A stretch of DNA of 64,000 nt. Origin: Flavobacteriaceae bacterium. Lineage in GTDB: Bacteria; Bacteroidota; Bacteroidia; Flavobacteriales; Flavobacteriaceae. The notes beneath the pieces were generated by a model. It was not told the DNA's origin. It searched no databases and was given only the letters and a program-made list of their open reading frames with translations. This document shows positions 1 through 10,137 of the stretch, in pieces. Each line of letters starts with the position of its first letter. The first letter of the stretch is position 1. Location: contig JBDNFD010000106.1 of assembly GCA_041689995.1 (NCBI GenBank), positions 554 through 64,553 on the forward strand, given 5' to 3'. Made by a program: the position numbers and the translations under genes.

Positions 1-352
1 TGATTTTTTCTTCGGAAAGATGCCCGATCGGAAAAATTTCGTTCGCTTCGGTTTCCAGATCGAAGGAAGGAGTGGTCGCACCAAGCGTGAACGTGCCAGT
101 GTATTCTTTCTCCAAGCCCATGAATTCATTGATTTTTTTGGTGCTTTTACCCGTACAAATAATTAATAATCCCGTAGCCAAAGGATCGAGTGTTCCGGCG
201 TGACCAACTTTTATTTTCTTAATGTTGCAATGATGTTTTATGAGCCAACGCACTTTGTTCACCAATTGAAATGAAGTCCATTCCAACGGTTTGTCGAAGA
301 GCAGGGTTTGACCGGATTGGAATGTTTCCGCAGAAAAATTTTCAAGCTTCAT
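1..352 (-). CDS. truB: tRNA pseudouridine(55) synthase TruB, N-terminal part (continues off window edge)
   Basis: Own minus-strand translation from ATG at 352-350: MKLENFSAETFQSGQTLLFDKPLEWTSFQLVNKVRW...KVGHAGTLDPLATGLLIICTGKSTKK. GHAGTLDP is the TruB catalytic-Asp motif. Not in the ORF track because it is truncated by the window edge. Confidence 0.85.
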   Translation of the reverse strand, partial: MKLENFSAETFQSGQTLLFDKPLEWTSFQLVNKVRWLIKHHCNIKKIKVGHAGTLDPLATGLLIICTGKSTKKINEFMGLEKEYTGTFTLGATTPSFDLETEANEIFPIGHLSEEKI

Positions 353-683
353 CTTCGAGGATTTGAAGAAGTTGGAGTTTAAGTCTGGGCATTTCAATAA
401 TAGTGGTCATCCAAACCAAATCCAAAGAAATGCCCTCATAATTGTGAATAAGAACGTTCCGGAAGCCAATAATTTCCTTCCAATTTATTTGCGGGTATTT
501 CTCTCTGAAAGAAGGGTCAATTTTTGTGGCGGCTTCTCCAATTACCTCAAAACACCGGATTACAGCAAATTGTTTTTCCAAAGTATCTTGAAAATCAACT
601 TTGTCAATATTTTTGGTGAAGTCTTCGATGTAAGTTATATAATCGAGGATTTGCCGAATATAGATAAAATTATTTTTTTTCAT
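342..683 (-). CDS. hepT: HepT-like (DUF86/HEPN) toxin of a HepT/MNT toxin-antitoxin pair
   Basis: 113 aa. GFRNVLIHNY fits the Rx4HxY HEPN motif. Overlaps the upstream MNT gene by 14 nt. Confidence 0.8.
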   Translation of the reverse strand: MKKNNFIYIRQILDYITYIEDFTKNIDKVDFQDTLEKQFAVIRCFEVIGEAATKIDPSFREKYPQINWKEIIGFRNVLIHNYEGISLDLVWMTTIIEMPRLKLQLLQILEDEA

Positions 684-957
684 AAATAATTTTCAGATCC
701 TGCATTATGTATGGTTCAAATAACTTGTTTAATCCGCTTTTCGAAACCAAATCAATTTTTCGTTTTAAAGATTCTTTTAAATCCATATACATTCCACCCA
801 CATCAAACAAAGTAGTGTTTTCATCGAAATCCACTAAAATATCGATATCGCTTTGGGACGTCATTTGTCCACGGGCGTACGAACCAAAAACCGCAATTTC
901 TTTTGGGTTAAAAGGTTTAATGATGTCGATGATAATCTGGTTGATTTTAGCATCCAT
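670..957 (-). CDS. mntA: MNT-type nucleotidyltransferase antitoxin
   Basis: GSYARG and DIDILVDF minimal nucleotidyltransferase motifs. The ORF opens at 984, but MDAKINQ... at 957 is the likelier start. Confidence 0.8.
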   Translation of the reverse strand: MDAKINQIIIDIIKPFNPKEIAVFGSYARGQMTSQSDIDILVDFDENTTLFDVGGMYMDLKESLKRKIDLVSKSGLNKLFEPYIMQDLKIIYEKK

Positions 958-987
958 AAAAACAAAGGTACGAAAAGAAGACAAAAA

Positions 988-1770
988 TTAAACCGTCAGC
1001 GGTTGCACAAAATAATGCACGGCCAAAATGATTGCACCAATAATAATACGGTAATAGCCAAAGGCTTTAAATCCGTGTTTGCTCAGATATCCGATGAAGG
1101 ATTTGATCGCCAAAATTGCCACGAGGAAACCGATTACATTTCCAATAATCAACAAATTAATTTGTTCGCTATTCAATACGAAACCGGCTTGGTAATAGTC
1201 CCAAGTTTTTTTCAAAGTAGCCCCAGCCATCGTGGGAACGGCCAAGAAAAACGAAAATTCCGCTGCTGTTGTGCGGGACAACTTTTGGCTCATTCCGCCC
1301 ACTATGGAGGCGCCGCTTCGTGAAACCCCAGGAATCATTGCGATACACTGAAAAAAGCCAATTTTCAGAGCAATCAAATAGGTGATTTTTTCGTCTTTGG
1401 AAGCTTTGAACCATTCATCAACTTTCAATAAAATAAATCCGCCCAAAATTAGCGAAATAGCAACCACCAAAGGGCTTTCGAGTAATTCATCAATTAAATC
1501 ACTAAAGATCAATCCTAAAAAAACGGCCGGTAAAAATGCCACAAATAATTTTTTATAGAAATCGACACTTTGAAAAAAACGTTTCCAGTATAACACTAAA
1601 ACTGAAAGAATAGTTCCGAATTGGATAACAATGGTAAATAGTTTGGTGAAATCTTGATCGGCAATACCAAAAAGGGAAGAGGCAATGATCATATGGCCCG
1701 TGGAAGAAACAGGCAAATATTCCGTAAGGCCTTCAATAATGGCCAGGGTTACAGCTTCGATCAGGTTCAT
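988..1770 (-). CDS. uppP: undecaprenyl-diphosphate phosphatase
   Basis: 260 aa polytopic membrane protein. N-terminus EGLTEYLPVSSTGHMII and PGVSRSG match the BacA/UppP signature regions. Confidence 0.9.
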   Translation of the reverse strand: MNLIEAVTLAIIEGLTEYLPVSSTGHMIIASSLFGIADQDFTKLFTIVIQFGTILSVLVLYWKRFFQSVDFYKKLFVAFLPAVFLGLIFSDLIDELLESPLVVAISLILGGFILLKVDEWFKASKDEKITYLIALKIGFFQCIAMIPGVSRSGASIVGGMSQKLSRTTAAEFSFFLAVPTMAGATLKKTWDYYQAGFVLNSEQINLLIIGNVIGFLVAILAIKSFIGYLSKHGFKAFGYYRIIIGAIILAVHYFVQPLTV

Positions 1771-1773
1771 AAA

Positions 1774-2064
1774 TTACAGACGGGAATTTTCCTTTCGGTC
1801 CGAAGACGATCTGGGGTTCAACAAAATAGCATAAACCTCAATTCCGAAGCCGATCAACACCAAAGTAGGCGCCAATCGGATTCTGCGCCAGCTATATATT
1901 TCCGGATTGAAAATAGTTGGGTTGTTGCTTCCGCCGCCCACCATCAGAATAAAACCCAATGCTATAACCGCCAAACCGATGAGCATGAAAAGATAGTTTT
2001 TTCGCTCGAAAATAAATTGGTTGTGTTTAGAACTTTCTGGGAGTTGATTCTCTTGTTTCTTCAT
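1774..2064 (-). CDS. DUF3098-type small membrane protein
   Basis: 96 aa with two TM segments. Sits between ftsX and uppP, as is typical in Flavobacteriia. Confidence 0.6.
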   Translation of the reverse strand: MKKQENQLPESSKHNQFIFERKNYLFMLIGLAVIALGFILMVGGGSNNPTIFNPEIYSWRRIRLAPTLVLIGFGIEVYAILLNPRSSSDRKENSRL

Positions 2065-2146
2065 TTATTTGGGTTTTTGGAAGTATCTTTTGGGTTGAAT
2101 TATTTCTGGAAAAAATCAGTATTCCCACATTTTTCCTTTCCTTGTT

Positions 2147-3025
2147 TTAATAATAAAGTTCATCCGTTTTCAAATTCAAGAAACGTTGCGTTGCAAAAAA
2201 CGTGCTCAACCAAGTAATTATTATTCCCATCAGGAAAATTGCGAGGAACAAGACCACCAACAATTTTTTGTCCTTCAACAACTCCAGTTCGGGGAAACTT
2301 CCGTTGAGGTAGTATAGGGTTCCGGCCATTCCCAACATGGCAACGATGGCGCCGACAATTCCCAAGCGTACACTTTTCCGTATAAACGGCCGGCGGATAA
2401 ACCCTTTGGTAGCTCCCACCATTTGCATGGTTTTGATGATGAAGCGCTTGGAATAAACCGACAAACGGATCGAACTATTAATAAGCAAAATAGAAATAAA
2501 GAGAAACAGGCCGCTGATGACAAGGATCCAAAACCCGAGCCGTTCCACATTTTCATTCAAAATGGAAATTAAGGGTTTGTCATAAACAATATCGTCCACA
2601 AAGTCTTTTTCAGAAAGTCCATCGGCAATTTCGGTTATTTGTTTGTCCGAAACATAATCTGCATTAAAGTAAATATCAATGGAATTTTTCAAGGGATTAT
2701 GGCCTAAAAATTCCATAAAATCCTCGCCAATTTCTTCTTGAAGCATTTTGGCGGCTTCATCTTTTGTGACAAAACTAGTGGATTTGGTATATTTGGCCAA
2801 ATCCAAACTTTTTTGCAGTTGCTTAATTTCGACCTCTTTCGCGTTATCTTTCAAATAAACCGTCATCGCAATTTGCTCCTTGAAATGGTCGGCCACCTTT
2901 TTGGCGTTTAAAACCAAAAGACCCAATAATCCAAGTAGGAACAGCACCAATCCGATGCTGATAATAACGGAAAAATAAGACGAGATCAATCGTCGTTTTT
3001 GATATTTTTCAAAAGAAGAACTCAT
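2147..3025 (-). CDS. ftsX: cell division protein FtsX-like permease
   Basis: FtsX architecture: N-terminal TM, large extracytoplasmic loop, three C-terminal TMs. The ORF extends to 3097, but MSSSFEKYQKRRL at 3025 fits the family N-terminus. Confidence 0.8.
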   Translation of the reverse strand: MSSSFEKYQKRRLISSYFSVIISIGLVLFLLGLLGLLVLNAKKVADHFKEQIAMTVYLKDNAKEVEIKQLQKSLDLAKYTKSTSFVTKDEAAKMLQEEIGEDFMEFLGHNPLKNSIDIYFNADYVSDKQITEIADGLSEKDFVDDIVYDKPLISILNENVERLGFWILVISGLFLFISILLINSSIRLSVYSKRFIIKTMQMVGATKGFIRRPFIRKSVRLGIVGAIVAMLGMAGTLYYLNGSFPELELLKDKKLLVVLFLAIFLMGIIITWLSTFFATQRFLNLKTDELYY

Positions 3026-3113
3026 ATAAGCCCAAAAGTTTCGGTAAAAATAAGAAAGTAATCGAAACCTTGTTTTTAAAACGGGCAAAGTTTTCATTTT
3101 CGTACATTAATAG

Positions 3114-3121
3114 TACTTTTG
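3114..3121 (+). promoter_or_regulatory. Bacteroidota -7 box TACTTTTG upstream of leuS
   Basis: Matches the TAnnTTTG consensus, about 50 nt upstream of the leuS ATG. Confidence 0.45.
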
Positions 3122-3173
3122 CGAGGGTTTTTCAACCTGTATCAAACCATTTCCCACAAAAAAGAAAAGAAAA

Positions 3174-6035
3174 ATGACGCAGTACGATTTCAATAGAATT
3201 GAAAAAAAATGGCAAGAATATTGGGCTGAAAACGAAATTTTCAAGGCTGAAAACAATTCCAAAAAAGAGAAATTTTATTGCTTGGATATGTTTCCTTATC
3301 CTTCTGGGGCCGGATTGCATGTGGGGCATCCATTGGGTTATATCGCCAGCGATATTGTCGCGCGATATAAACGGCATCAAGCTTTTAATGTGTTGCACCC
3401 AATGGGTTACGATTCTTTTGGTCTTCCGGCGGAACAATACGCTATTCAAACCGGGCAGCATCCAGCGGTCACGACCAAAGAAAATATTGCGCGCTATCGC
3501 CAACAAATGGATCAAATTGGATTTTCGTTTGATTGGAGCCGGGAAGTCCGCACTTCCGATCCAAATTATTATAAATGGACACAGTGGATTTTCATTAAAC
3601 TCTTTGAAAGTTGGTACGATAATTCACAAAATAAAGCCTGCGATATCCAAGAGTTGATTGCTATTTTTTCTTCCAAAGGAAACATAACTATAAATGCCGC
3701 TTGCGACCAAAAAACGGAAACTTTTACTGCGGATGAATGGAAAGCTTTTTCAGAAAAGGAACAACAAGAAATTTTGTTGAAATATCGGTTGACTTATTTG
3801 GCGGAAACCGAAGTGAATTGGTGTCCGGCGTTGGGAACCGTTTTGGCGAATGATGAAATTGTGAACGGCGTTTCCGAACGGGGTGGACATCCGGTAGAAC
3901 GTAAAAAAATGATGCAATGGAGCATGCGTGTTTCAGCATATGCCGAACGTTTATTGCAAGGTTTGAATAAAATCGATTGGCCGGAAAGCCTTAAAGAAAC
4001 CCAACGGAATTGGATAGGGAAATCGGTGGGGGCGGAAATTCAATTCAGAATTCAGAATTCAGAATTTAAAATTTTCGTCTTCACAACTCGCCCAGACACC
4101 ATTTTTGGTGTCACTTTCATGACCTTGGCCCCAGAACACGAACTGGTTTCTGAAATCGTCACGCCAGAACAAAAAGAGGAAGTGGAAGTTTACATTAAAC
4201 AGACTGGAAAACGCAGCGAGCGCGAGCGAATGGCGGATATTAAAAATATTACGGGAGTGTTCACCGGTGCTTATGCCGAACACCCGTTCACAAAAGAAGC
4301 CATTCCCATTTGGATCGGCGATTATGTTTTGGCAGGTTATGGCACTGGTGCCGTGATGGCCGTTCCTTGTGGTGATCAGCGCGATTATGATTTTGCGGAA
4401 CATTTTGAGCTTCCTATAAACAATATTTTTGAAAATGTGGATATTTCGAAGGAAGCCCATTCCGATAAAGATAAAAATACCGTGATCGCGCACAGTGGAT
4501 TTATTTCGGGATTGATGTGGGACAAAGCCGCGAAAACCGTAATCGAAAAACTGGAAGAAATTGGGCAAGGAAAAGGAAAAACGAACTATCGATTGCGCGA
4601 CGCGGTTTTTAGTCGTCAACGCTATTGGGGCGAACCTTTTCCTATTTATTATAAAAATGGTGTTCCTCATACAATTCCTGAGGAAAACCTCCCGCTTCGA
4701 CTGCCAGAAGTAGAAAAATATTTACCAACCGAAACCGGTGAACCACCTTTGGGACGAGCAACAAAATGGCATTGGGACGAAGGAAAGTGTTCAGTGGTCA
4801 GTGATCAGTTGGCAGATGACAAAACAGTTTTTCCTCTCGAATTGAATACCATGCCGGGCTGGGCCGGAAGTTCATGGTATTTTTTCCGGTATATGGAACT
4901 TGCCATTTCTGATGGAGGCAAACGCGATGAAGTTTTTGCTTCAAAAGATGCAATGAATTATTGGAAAAATGTGGATTTGTACATCGGCGGAAGTGAACAC
5001 GGAACGGGACATTTATTGTACAGCCGATTTTGGGTAAAATTTCTTTACGACCGCAGTTTGGTTCCCGTTGAAGAACCGTTTCAAAAGTTGATAAACCAAG
5101 GGATGATTTTGGGGGAAAGTGCTTTTGGATATCGGTTAGAAAATGAAAATAAATTTGTTTCCAAAAATTTGGTGAAAAATCAAAAAGCACATCCCATTCA
5201 CACAGATGTTTCTTTTGTAAATATTCACAACGGATTAAATATCGAAGTCTTTAAAAATTGGCGTCCAGAATATAAAGACGCAGAATTTATTACTGAAGAA
5301 GACGGAAAATTCATCGTTCACCGCGAAGTTGAAAAAATGTCCAAATCCAAATACAATGTGGTGAATCCCGACGATATTTGCGAGGAATATGGAGCAGATA
5401 CCTTGAGAATGTACGAAATGTTCCTCGGTCCCTTGGAACAAGCAAAACCTTGGAACACAGCTGGGATTACGGGCGTTCATAATTTTTTGAAGAAATTGTG
5501 GAAATTATATGTCTGGCCCAATTCCTCAAAAGGAGGGAAATCGGAATTTTATATTTCCGAAGAAAAGGCTAACCCTGAAAGTCTAAAAATCTTGCACAAA
5601 ACCATCAAAAAGGTCACTGATGACATTGAAAGTTTCGGTTTCAATACGGCAATTTCTGCATTGATGATTTGCGTAAACGAACTTTCGGCACAAAAATGCA
5701 ATAACCGCGAAATATTGGAACCTTTGGCTGTTTTGGTTTCCCCATTCGCACCGCATATCGCCGAGGAATTATGGGAGAAATTGGGTCATTCCGAAAGTAT
5801 TTCCGAGGTGAATTATCCGATTTTCGAGGAAAGATACGTGGTGGAAAATACCAAGAAATATCCAATTTCCTTCAATGGGAAAATGCGTTTTACAATGGAT
5901 TTACCATTGGATCTTTCCAAAGAGGGAATTGAGAAAACAGTGATGACAGACGAGCGGACAAAACGACAGCTGGAAGGAAAAACACCGAAGAAAATAATTG
6001 TCGTTCCCGGTAAAATAGTGAATATCGTAAGCTAA
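3174..6035 (+). CDS. leuS: leucine--tRNA ligase
   Basis: 953 aa. HVGHPLGY (HIGH) and [10 protein letters not shown] (KMSKS) motifs, with the class Ia editing-domain layout. Confidence 0.97.
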   Translation: MTQYDFNRIEKKWQEYWAENEIFKAENNSKKEKFYCLDMFPYPSGAGLHVGHPLGYIASDIVARYKRHQAFNVLHPMGYDSFGLPAEQYAIQTGQHPAVTTKENIARYRQQMDQIGFSFDWSREVRTSDPNYYKWTQWIFIKLFESWYDNSQNKACDIQELIAIFSSKGNITINAACDQKTETFTADEWKAFSEKEQQEILLKYRLTYLAETEVNWCPALGTVLANDEIVNGVSERGGHPVERKKMMQWSMRVSAYAERLLQGLNKIDWPESLKETQRNWIGKSVGAEIQFRIQNSEFKIFVFTTRPDTIFGVTFMTLAPEHELVSEIVTPEQKEEVEVYIKQTGKRSERERMADIKNITGVFTGAYAEHPFTKEAIPIWIGDYVLAGYGTGAVMAVPCGDQRDYDFAEHFELPINNIFENVDISKEAHSDKDKNTVIAHSGFISGLMWDKAAKTVIEKLEEIGQGKGKTNYRLRDAVFSRQRYWGEPFPIYYKNGVPHTIPEENLPLRLPEVEKYLPTETGEPPLGRATKWHWDEGKCSVVSDQLADDKTVFPLELNTMPGWAGSSWYFFRYMELAISDGGKRDEVFASKDAMNYWKNVDLYIGGSEHGTGHLLYSRFWVKFLYDRSLVPVEEPFQKLINQGMILGESAFGYRLENENKFVSKNLVKNQKAHPIHTDVSFVNIHNGLNIEVFKNWRPEYKDAEFITEEDGKFIVHREVEKMSKSKYNVVNPDDICEEYGADTLRMYEMFLGPLEQAKPWNTAGITGVHNFLKKLWKLYVWPNSSKGGKSEFYISEEKANPESLKILHKTIKKVTDDIESFGFNTAISALMICVNELSAQKCNNREILEPLAVLVSPFAPHIAEELWEKLGHSESISEVNYPIFEERYVVENTKKYPISFNGKMRFTMDLPLDLSKEGIEKTVMTDERTKRQLEGKTPKKIIVVPGKIVNIVS

Positions 6036-6072
6036 ACCTAACAGGTTTCAAAAGCCTGTTGGGTTTGTTTTC
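6035..6072 (+). terminator. hairpin terminator after leuS
   Basis: AACCTAACAGG/CCTGTTGGGTT stem of 11 bp (one G-U) with a 9-nt loop, followed by TTGTTTTC. Confidence 0.6.
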
Positions 6073-6146
6073 AAAAACAGTTTGATTGGCTTGCTTTTTG
6101 CTGAAAGATTTAAAACAAAAAACACCCGCTTTCGCGGGTAATAGAT

Positions 6147-6842
6147 ATGATTGGATATTATATATTGATCGGAGCGATTATGCTCGTTAGTTGGTACGTC
6201 AGTCACAAACTGAAAACCAAAATGAAAAAATACTCGAAAGTGCATCTGAAAAATGGAATGAGCGGTGCCGAAATTGCAGAAAAAATGTTGCACGACAACG
6301 GGATTTATGATGTAAAAGTCATTTCCGTGCCGGGCAGATTGACAGATCATTACCATCCGGGCAAAAAAACCGTGAATTTGAGCGAAGCTGTTTATTCTCA
6401 AAGAAATGCGGCTGCTGCTGCGGTTGCGGCACACGAATGTGGTCACGCGGTGCAACATGCGAAAGCTTACAGTTGGTTGCAAATGCGCAGTGCCTTGGTT
6501 CCCGTGGTTTCTGTGGCTTCAAATTGGAGCCAATGGGTCATTTTTGGCGGTCTGATTTTGATGGGAATGTTTTCCGCAGGATTGGGACAAACCGTTTTAT
6601 TAATTGGGATTATCATGTTCGGAATGGGAACATTGTTCAGTTTTATCACCTTGCCGGTGGAATATGATGCAAGTAATCGTGCTTTGGCATGGCTAAAAGC
6701 CAAAAACATGGTTACGCCTGAAGAATACAAAGGTTCCGAAGACTCACTGAAATGGGCCGCGCGCACTTATGTGGTGGCCGCGATAGGATCCTTGGCCACA
6801 TTGTTGTATTTCCTGAGTATTTTTATGGGTGCGGATGAATGA
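6147..6842 (+). CDS. membrane zinc metallopeptidase (Zn_peptidase_2-type)
   Basis: 231 aa. HECGHA (HExxH) motif, N-terminal TM and C-terminal TMs. Confidence 0.8.
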   Translation: MIGYYILIGAIMLVSWYVSHKLKTKMKKYSKVHLKNGMSGAEIAEKMLHDNGIYDVKVISVPGRLTDHYHPGKKTVNLSEAVYSQRNAAAAAVAAHECGHAVQHAKAYSWLQMRSALVPVVSVASNWSQWVIFGGLILMGMFSAGLGQTVLLIGIIMFGMGTLFSFITLPVEYDASNRALAWLKAKNMVTPEEYKGSEDSLKWAARTYVVAAIGSLATLLYFLSIFMGADE

Positions 6843-6878
6843 TTACCAAACCTGTTCAACATTTTACCCTATAAAAAT

Positions 6879-7361
6879 TTATTGAAACACAATTGGTTTG
6901 TTAATGATGGGTATTTTCACAATATGAAAAGGTTGTACAATTACTGGGTTGTCGCCACCAGTTTCAAGTTGACTTACATATACGATAATTTCAGTTTCCT
7001 CCTCCACAATATCTATAATATCAATAGACCACCCGCCAGTCATGCGTATTTGATCAAAAACCCCTATAACAATATATTGTGAAAAATCAATATTGGTTTC
7101 GGAAAAATCGCTACTTTCATTATTGACCGTGTTCATTTCGGTTATAAGTTGTTGCCAATCCGCATCATTTTCTATTGCTATATTGGCTTGCGGGATTTGT
7201 TCCTCGCCGTTTCCGTCCAGTTCACCATGGGCTATTGCCGTGAAATCAATATCAACGGGAAAATCCTCATTGGCATTGTTATCGTCATTGCTTCCATCAT
7301 CCGTGTCGCTGCACCCAAATGATATAAAAAATACCGAGAGTAAAAAAACCAAATTTTTCAT
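6879..7361 (-). CDS. lipoprotein with PrcB-C-terminal-like domain
   Basis: Lipobox FISFGC. The C-terminal region (VIGVFDQIRMTGGWSIDI...VQPFHIVKIP) resembles the PrcB_C family. Confidence 0.55.
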   Translation of the reverse strand: MKNLVFLLSVFFISFGCSDTDDGSNDDNNANEDFPVDIDFTAIAHGELDGNGEEQIPQANIAIENDADWQQLITEMNTVNNESSDFSETNIDFSQYIVIGVFDQIRMTGGWSIDIIDIVEEETEIIVYVSQLETGGDNPVIVQPFHIVKIPIINKPIVFQ

Positions 7362-7374
7362 GATTGTTGATTTT

Positions 7375-7812
7375 TATTGTTTTATCAAATTTTTAGAATC
7401 GACCACCTGTCCGTTGCATACTAAGGAAACCACATATATTCCTGTGGTATAGCTGGATATATCCAAGCTGATATTATCTTCAAGCTTATCCAAAATATAG
7501 TTGTTGGAGATGGTGGAACTGATATTGGTGATCGTTAAATAAGCCGAATTTCCGGTGCCGAAGTTCTAATTTTGTCCATTTTTTTACCTCGTTCTTGGTA
7601 ACCGTGTTTTCTGATTTTAATTCAAAAGGGGAAAAATCGGAAAGTTTAATTCTTTCTTTGTCGAAATCATTATTGCTACTAATATAAAAAATGTTTTTAT
7701 CCAAGTGAAGCGGTATTTTTTCCCCCTTGTAGTAATAATAAAAAGCGGTATCAATTTGCCTGTAAGAGAATATAGGCAGTATAAGGATTAATGTAAGTAG
7801 TTTTGTTTTCAT
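7375..7812 (-). pseudogene. small secreted protein with T9SS-like C-terminal domain, disrupted by a frameshift
   Basis: Frame 1 (7486-7812): MKTKLLTLILILPIF...VKKWTKLEL, then drifts to a stop at 7486. Frame 2 (7375 to about 7563): FGTGNSAYLTITNISSTISNNYILDKLEDNISLDISSYTTGIYVVSLVCNGQVVDSKNLIKQ*. The frames join near 7556-7565. Confidence 0.55.
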
Positions 7813-8217
7813 GGCTATAAGTTTTTTTGAAAGGTTGTCATTGATTTTTAGTACAATCACATCATATTAAGACGAACTTAATACAAAAAAAGGAAAAACA
7901 AAACAAGTAACCGTACAAAAGTTATCAACAAATCATAAAAAAGCCCGCCAATTTTGGTAAGGTTTATTAAAGAAATGGTTCTATATGGGAATGCAGCGGG
8001 CAATATAGAATGTCATTCCGATTTCGATATTCATCTGGGCAGGCTTTGGAGGAATCTCGGGGATTCTCACTTCGCTCCTTTTGGTCGCTTCGTTCTGAAT
8101 GACAACTTCTTCTAAACGCCATTTCGTTTTAATGTACCACCTGAATCATATAGAGCCAAAGAAATCATATTTCGTCGTTAGGAAGTCCTTCAATCATAAT
8201 TCGAATAATTTTGTCAA

Positions 8218-9591
8218 TTACCCCGCGAAATTGCTGAGGTTATATCCGAAATATGGCATTTCTTCTTCATTGAATTTAATCCCATAGTTTTCCAATTCCT
8301 TTAAAATAGGCTCGTAAACTTCTTTGTTAATGGGTCGCAACACCCCGGGTGTGGTGATTTCCTTATTCAAAATTTTCAAAGTTGCGATCGCCACTGGAAG
8401 ACCGACGGTTTTTGCCATGGCAGTGTAAGTTTGGTTTATGCCAACCGTTGCCATCGTGGAATCAATTTGTTTTTTTTCACCATTTATTTCATACCCAAAT
8501 TTGTGGTACATCACAATCATATCTTTATCTTCTGGAGCTAAAGTCCACTTTTCTTCCAAGATTTTTTGAAGTGCTTCTGCCGGTGTTGCGTTCTTCAAAC
8601 CAATCTTTTTATTTGGATTGAAAATATCGAGTTCCACTAATTTATCCCATATCAAATCATCCAGATCGATTTTCAAATTATAACGCAATTTCAATTCCAC
8701 CGAATCGGTAGGAGAGTATGGTAGAAAAGAATTGATAAAATCCCGATAGCTCATATCCTCGGTGTTTTCCATGGAATAGCTGTCGTCGGTGATGCCAAGT
8801 TGCACAAACATGTTCCATGCCCTACAAAATCCCACCCGTCGCAAGGTTCCGCGATATAAAGTTTGAATGTCTTTTAAACCATAAACATCGCGATACGCCA
8901 AGGAATTTCGGTTGGCCACTCCTTCAAATTTTCCGTATCCTTCGATTTCCAAAAATTCTGTTCTTCGGAACAATCGGTGGTACGGAATATATTTATATTT
9001 TCCTTCCTGAATGAATTCTGCAGCGCCACCCTGTCCAGCGACGACAACATTTCGGGGGTTCCAGGTGAATTTGTAATTCCACAAATTGGTGTCGCTCTCT
9101 GGGGCGACCAAGCCACCGGTAAAAGATTCAAAAAGAATCATTTTTCCACCTCGGTCCCTGATGATGCGGTCGATAGCCTGCATAGCACTCATATGATCGA
9201 TTCCCGGATCGACACCTATTTCATTCATAAAAACAAGTCCTTTTTCCTGAACTTGCTTATTTAATTTTTCCATTTCGGGACTGACATAGGAAGCGGTCAC
9301 CATATTTTTTCCAAATTTCAAGCAATCTTTTGCCGCTTCAATATGGAAACGTGCGGGCAACATGGAAATAACTATATCTGCATTTTTAATAGCGGCATGT
9401 CGTTCTTCCTCGTTAAAAATATCCAATGAAATAGCCTGAACACGTTGATGTTCGCCCGCCATTTTTTTAGCATTTTCCAAAGAAATGTCCCCAATAACGA
9501 TTTCTAAGTTTTCGCTTTCCGATTTGTCTTTTAAATATTTAATAAGCCATGAAGTGGATTTGCCCGCTCCGACAATTAAAATTTTACGCAT
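8218..9591 (-). CDS. saccharopine dehydrogenase family protein
   Basis: 457 aa. N-terminal Rossmann motif ILIVGAGKS. Length and layout are typical of LYS9-like saccharopine dehydrogenases. Confidence 0.75.
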   Translation of the reverse strand: MRKILIVGAGKSTSWLIKYLKDKSESENLEIVIGDISLENAKKMAGEHQRVQAISLDIFNEEERHAAIKNADIVISMLPARFHIEAAKDCLKFGKNMVTASYVSPEMEKLNKQVQEKGLVFMNEIGVDPGIDHMSAMQAIDRIIRDRGGKMILFESFTGGLVAPESDTNLWNYKFTWNPRNVVVAGQGGAAEFIQEGKYKYIPYHRLFRRTEFLEIEGYGKFEGVANRNSLAYRDVYGLKDIQTLYRGTLRRVGFCRAWNMFVQLGITDDSYSMENTEDMSYRDFINSFLPYSPTDSVELKLRYNLKIDLDDLIWDKLVELDIFNPNKKIGLKNATPAEALQKILEEKWTLAPEDKDMIVMYHKFGYEINGEKKQIDSTMATVGINQTYTAMAKTVGLPVAIATLKILNKEITTPGVLRPINKEVYEPILKELENYGIKFNEEEMPYFGYNLSNFAG

Positions 9592-9671
9592 TGCAATCAG
9601 TTTAATTTAGTTGGTTAACTTTGTTTCGGAAAGCGAAAGTACTTAAATTCTTTTCCCCTAAAAAAATATCA

Positions 9672-10061
9672 ATGAAGAAATTAATTTTGGTTACTGGAAC
9701 TTTTTTTGGTGCTACGGCGGTTATTTTAGGTGCTTTTGGCGCGCATGTCCTTTCTGAAAGTTTAACCCCACATTCTATTGCGACTTTTGAAACCGGGGTG
9801 AAATATCAAATGTATCACGCGTTGTTGCTAATTTTAATTGGTAGCGTGAATTTGCTCGGAGAAAGAACCAAAATGATTTTGTTTTATCTTTTGGTAATCG
9901 GGATTGTGTTGTTTTCAGGTTCCATTTATTTGTTGGCAACCAATGATTTGACTTCCTTCGATTTCATTTCTATTGCATTATTGACCCCTTTGGGCGGGCT
10001 TTTGTTAATTTCGGCTTGGATCGTTTTGGGTGTTGGGTTTCTAAAATCATCTTTTTCATAA
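9672..10061 (+). CDS. DUF423 membrane protein
   Basis: Four TMs and a GAFGAH motif. The ORF opens at 9621; MKKLILV at 9672 is the likelier start. Confidence 0.7.
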   Translation: MKKLILVTGTFFGATAVILGAFGAHVLSESLTPHSIATFETGVKYQMYHALLLILIGSVNLLGERTKMILFYLLVIGIVLFSGSIYLLATNDLTSFDFISIALLTPLGGLLLISAWIVLGVGFLKSSFS

Positions 10062-10101
10062 AAAGAAAACACAATTTCTACTTTCTACAAAGATAATTTT
10101 A

Positions 10102-10109
10102 TACTTTTG
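10102..10109 (+). promoter_or_regulatory. -7 box TACTTTTG upstream of pckA
   Basis: Matches TAnnTTTG, about 29 nt upstream of the ATG. Confidence 0.45.
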
Positions 10110-10137
10110 CCCATATTAAACACAACATTTAAAAATT

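Noticed and set aside
4037-4067. (TTCAGAA)x3 tandem heptamer with EcoRI-like GAATTC sites inside leuS
   Set aside because: It lies in frame within a variable surface segment of LeuS ([12 protein letters not shown]), immediately before the conserved VFTTRPDT. The gene is intact and of normal length.
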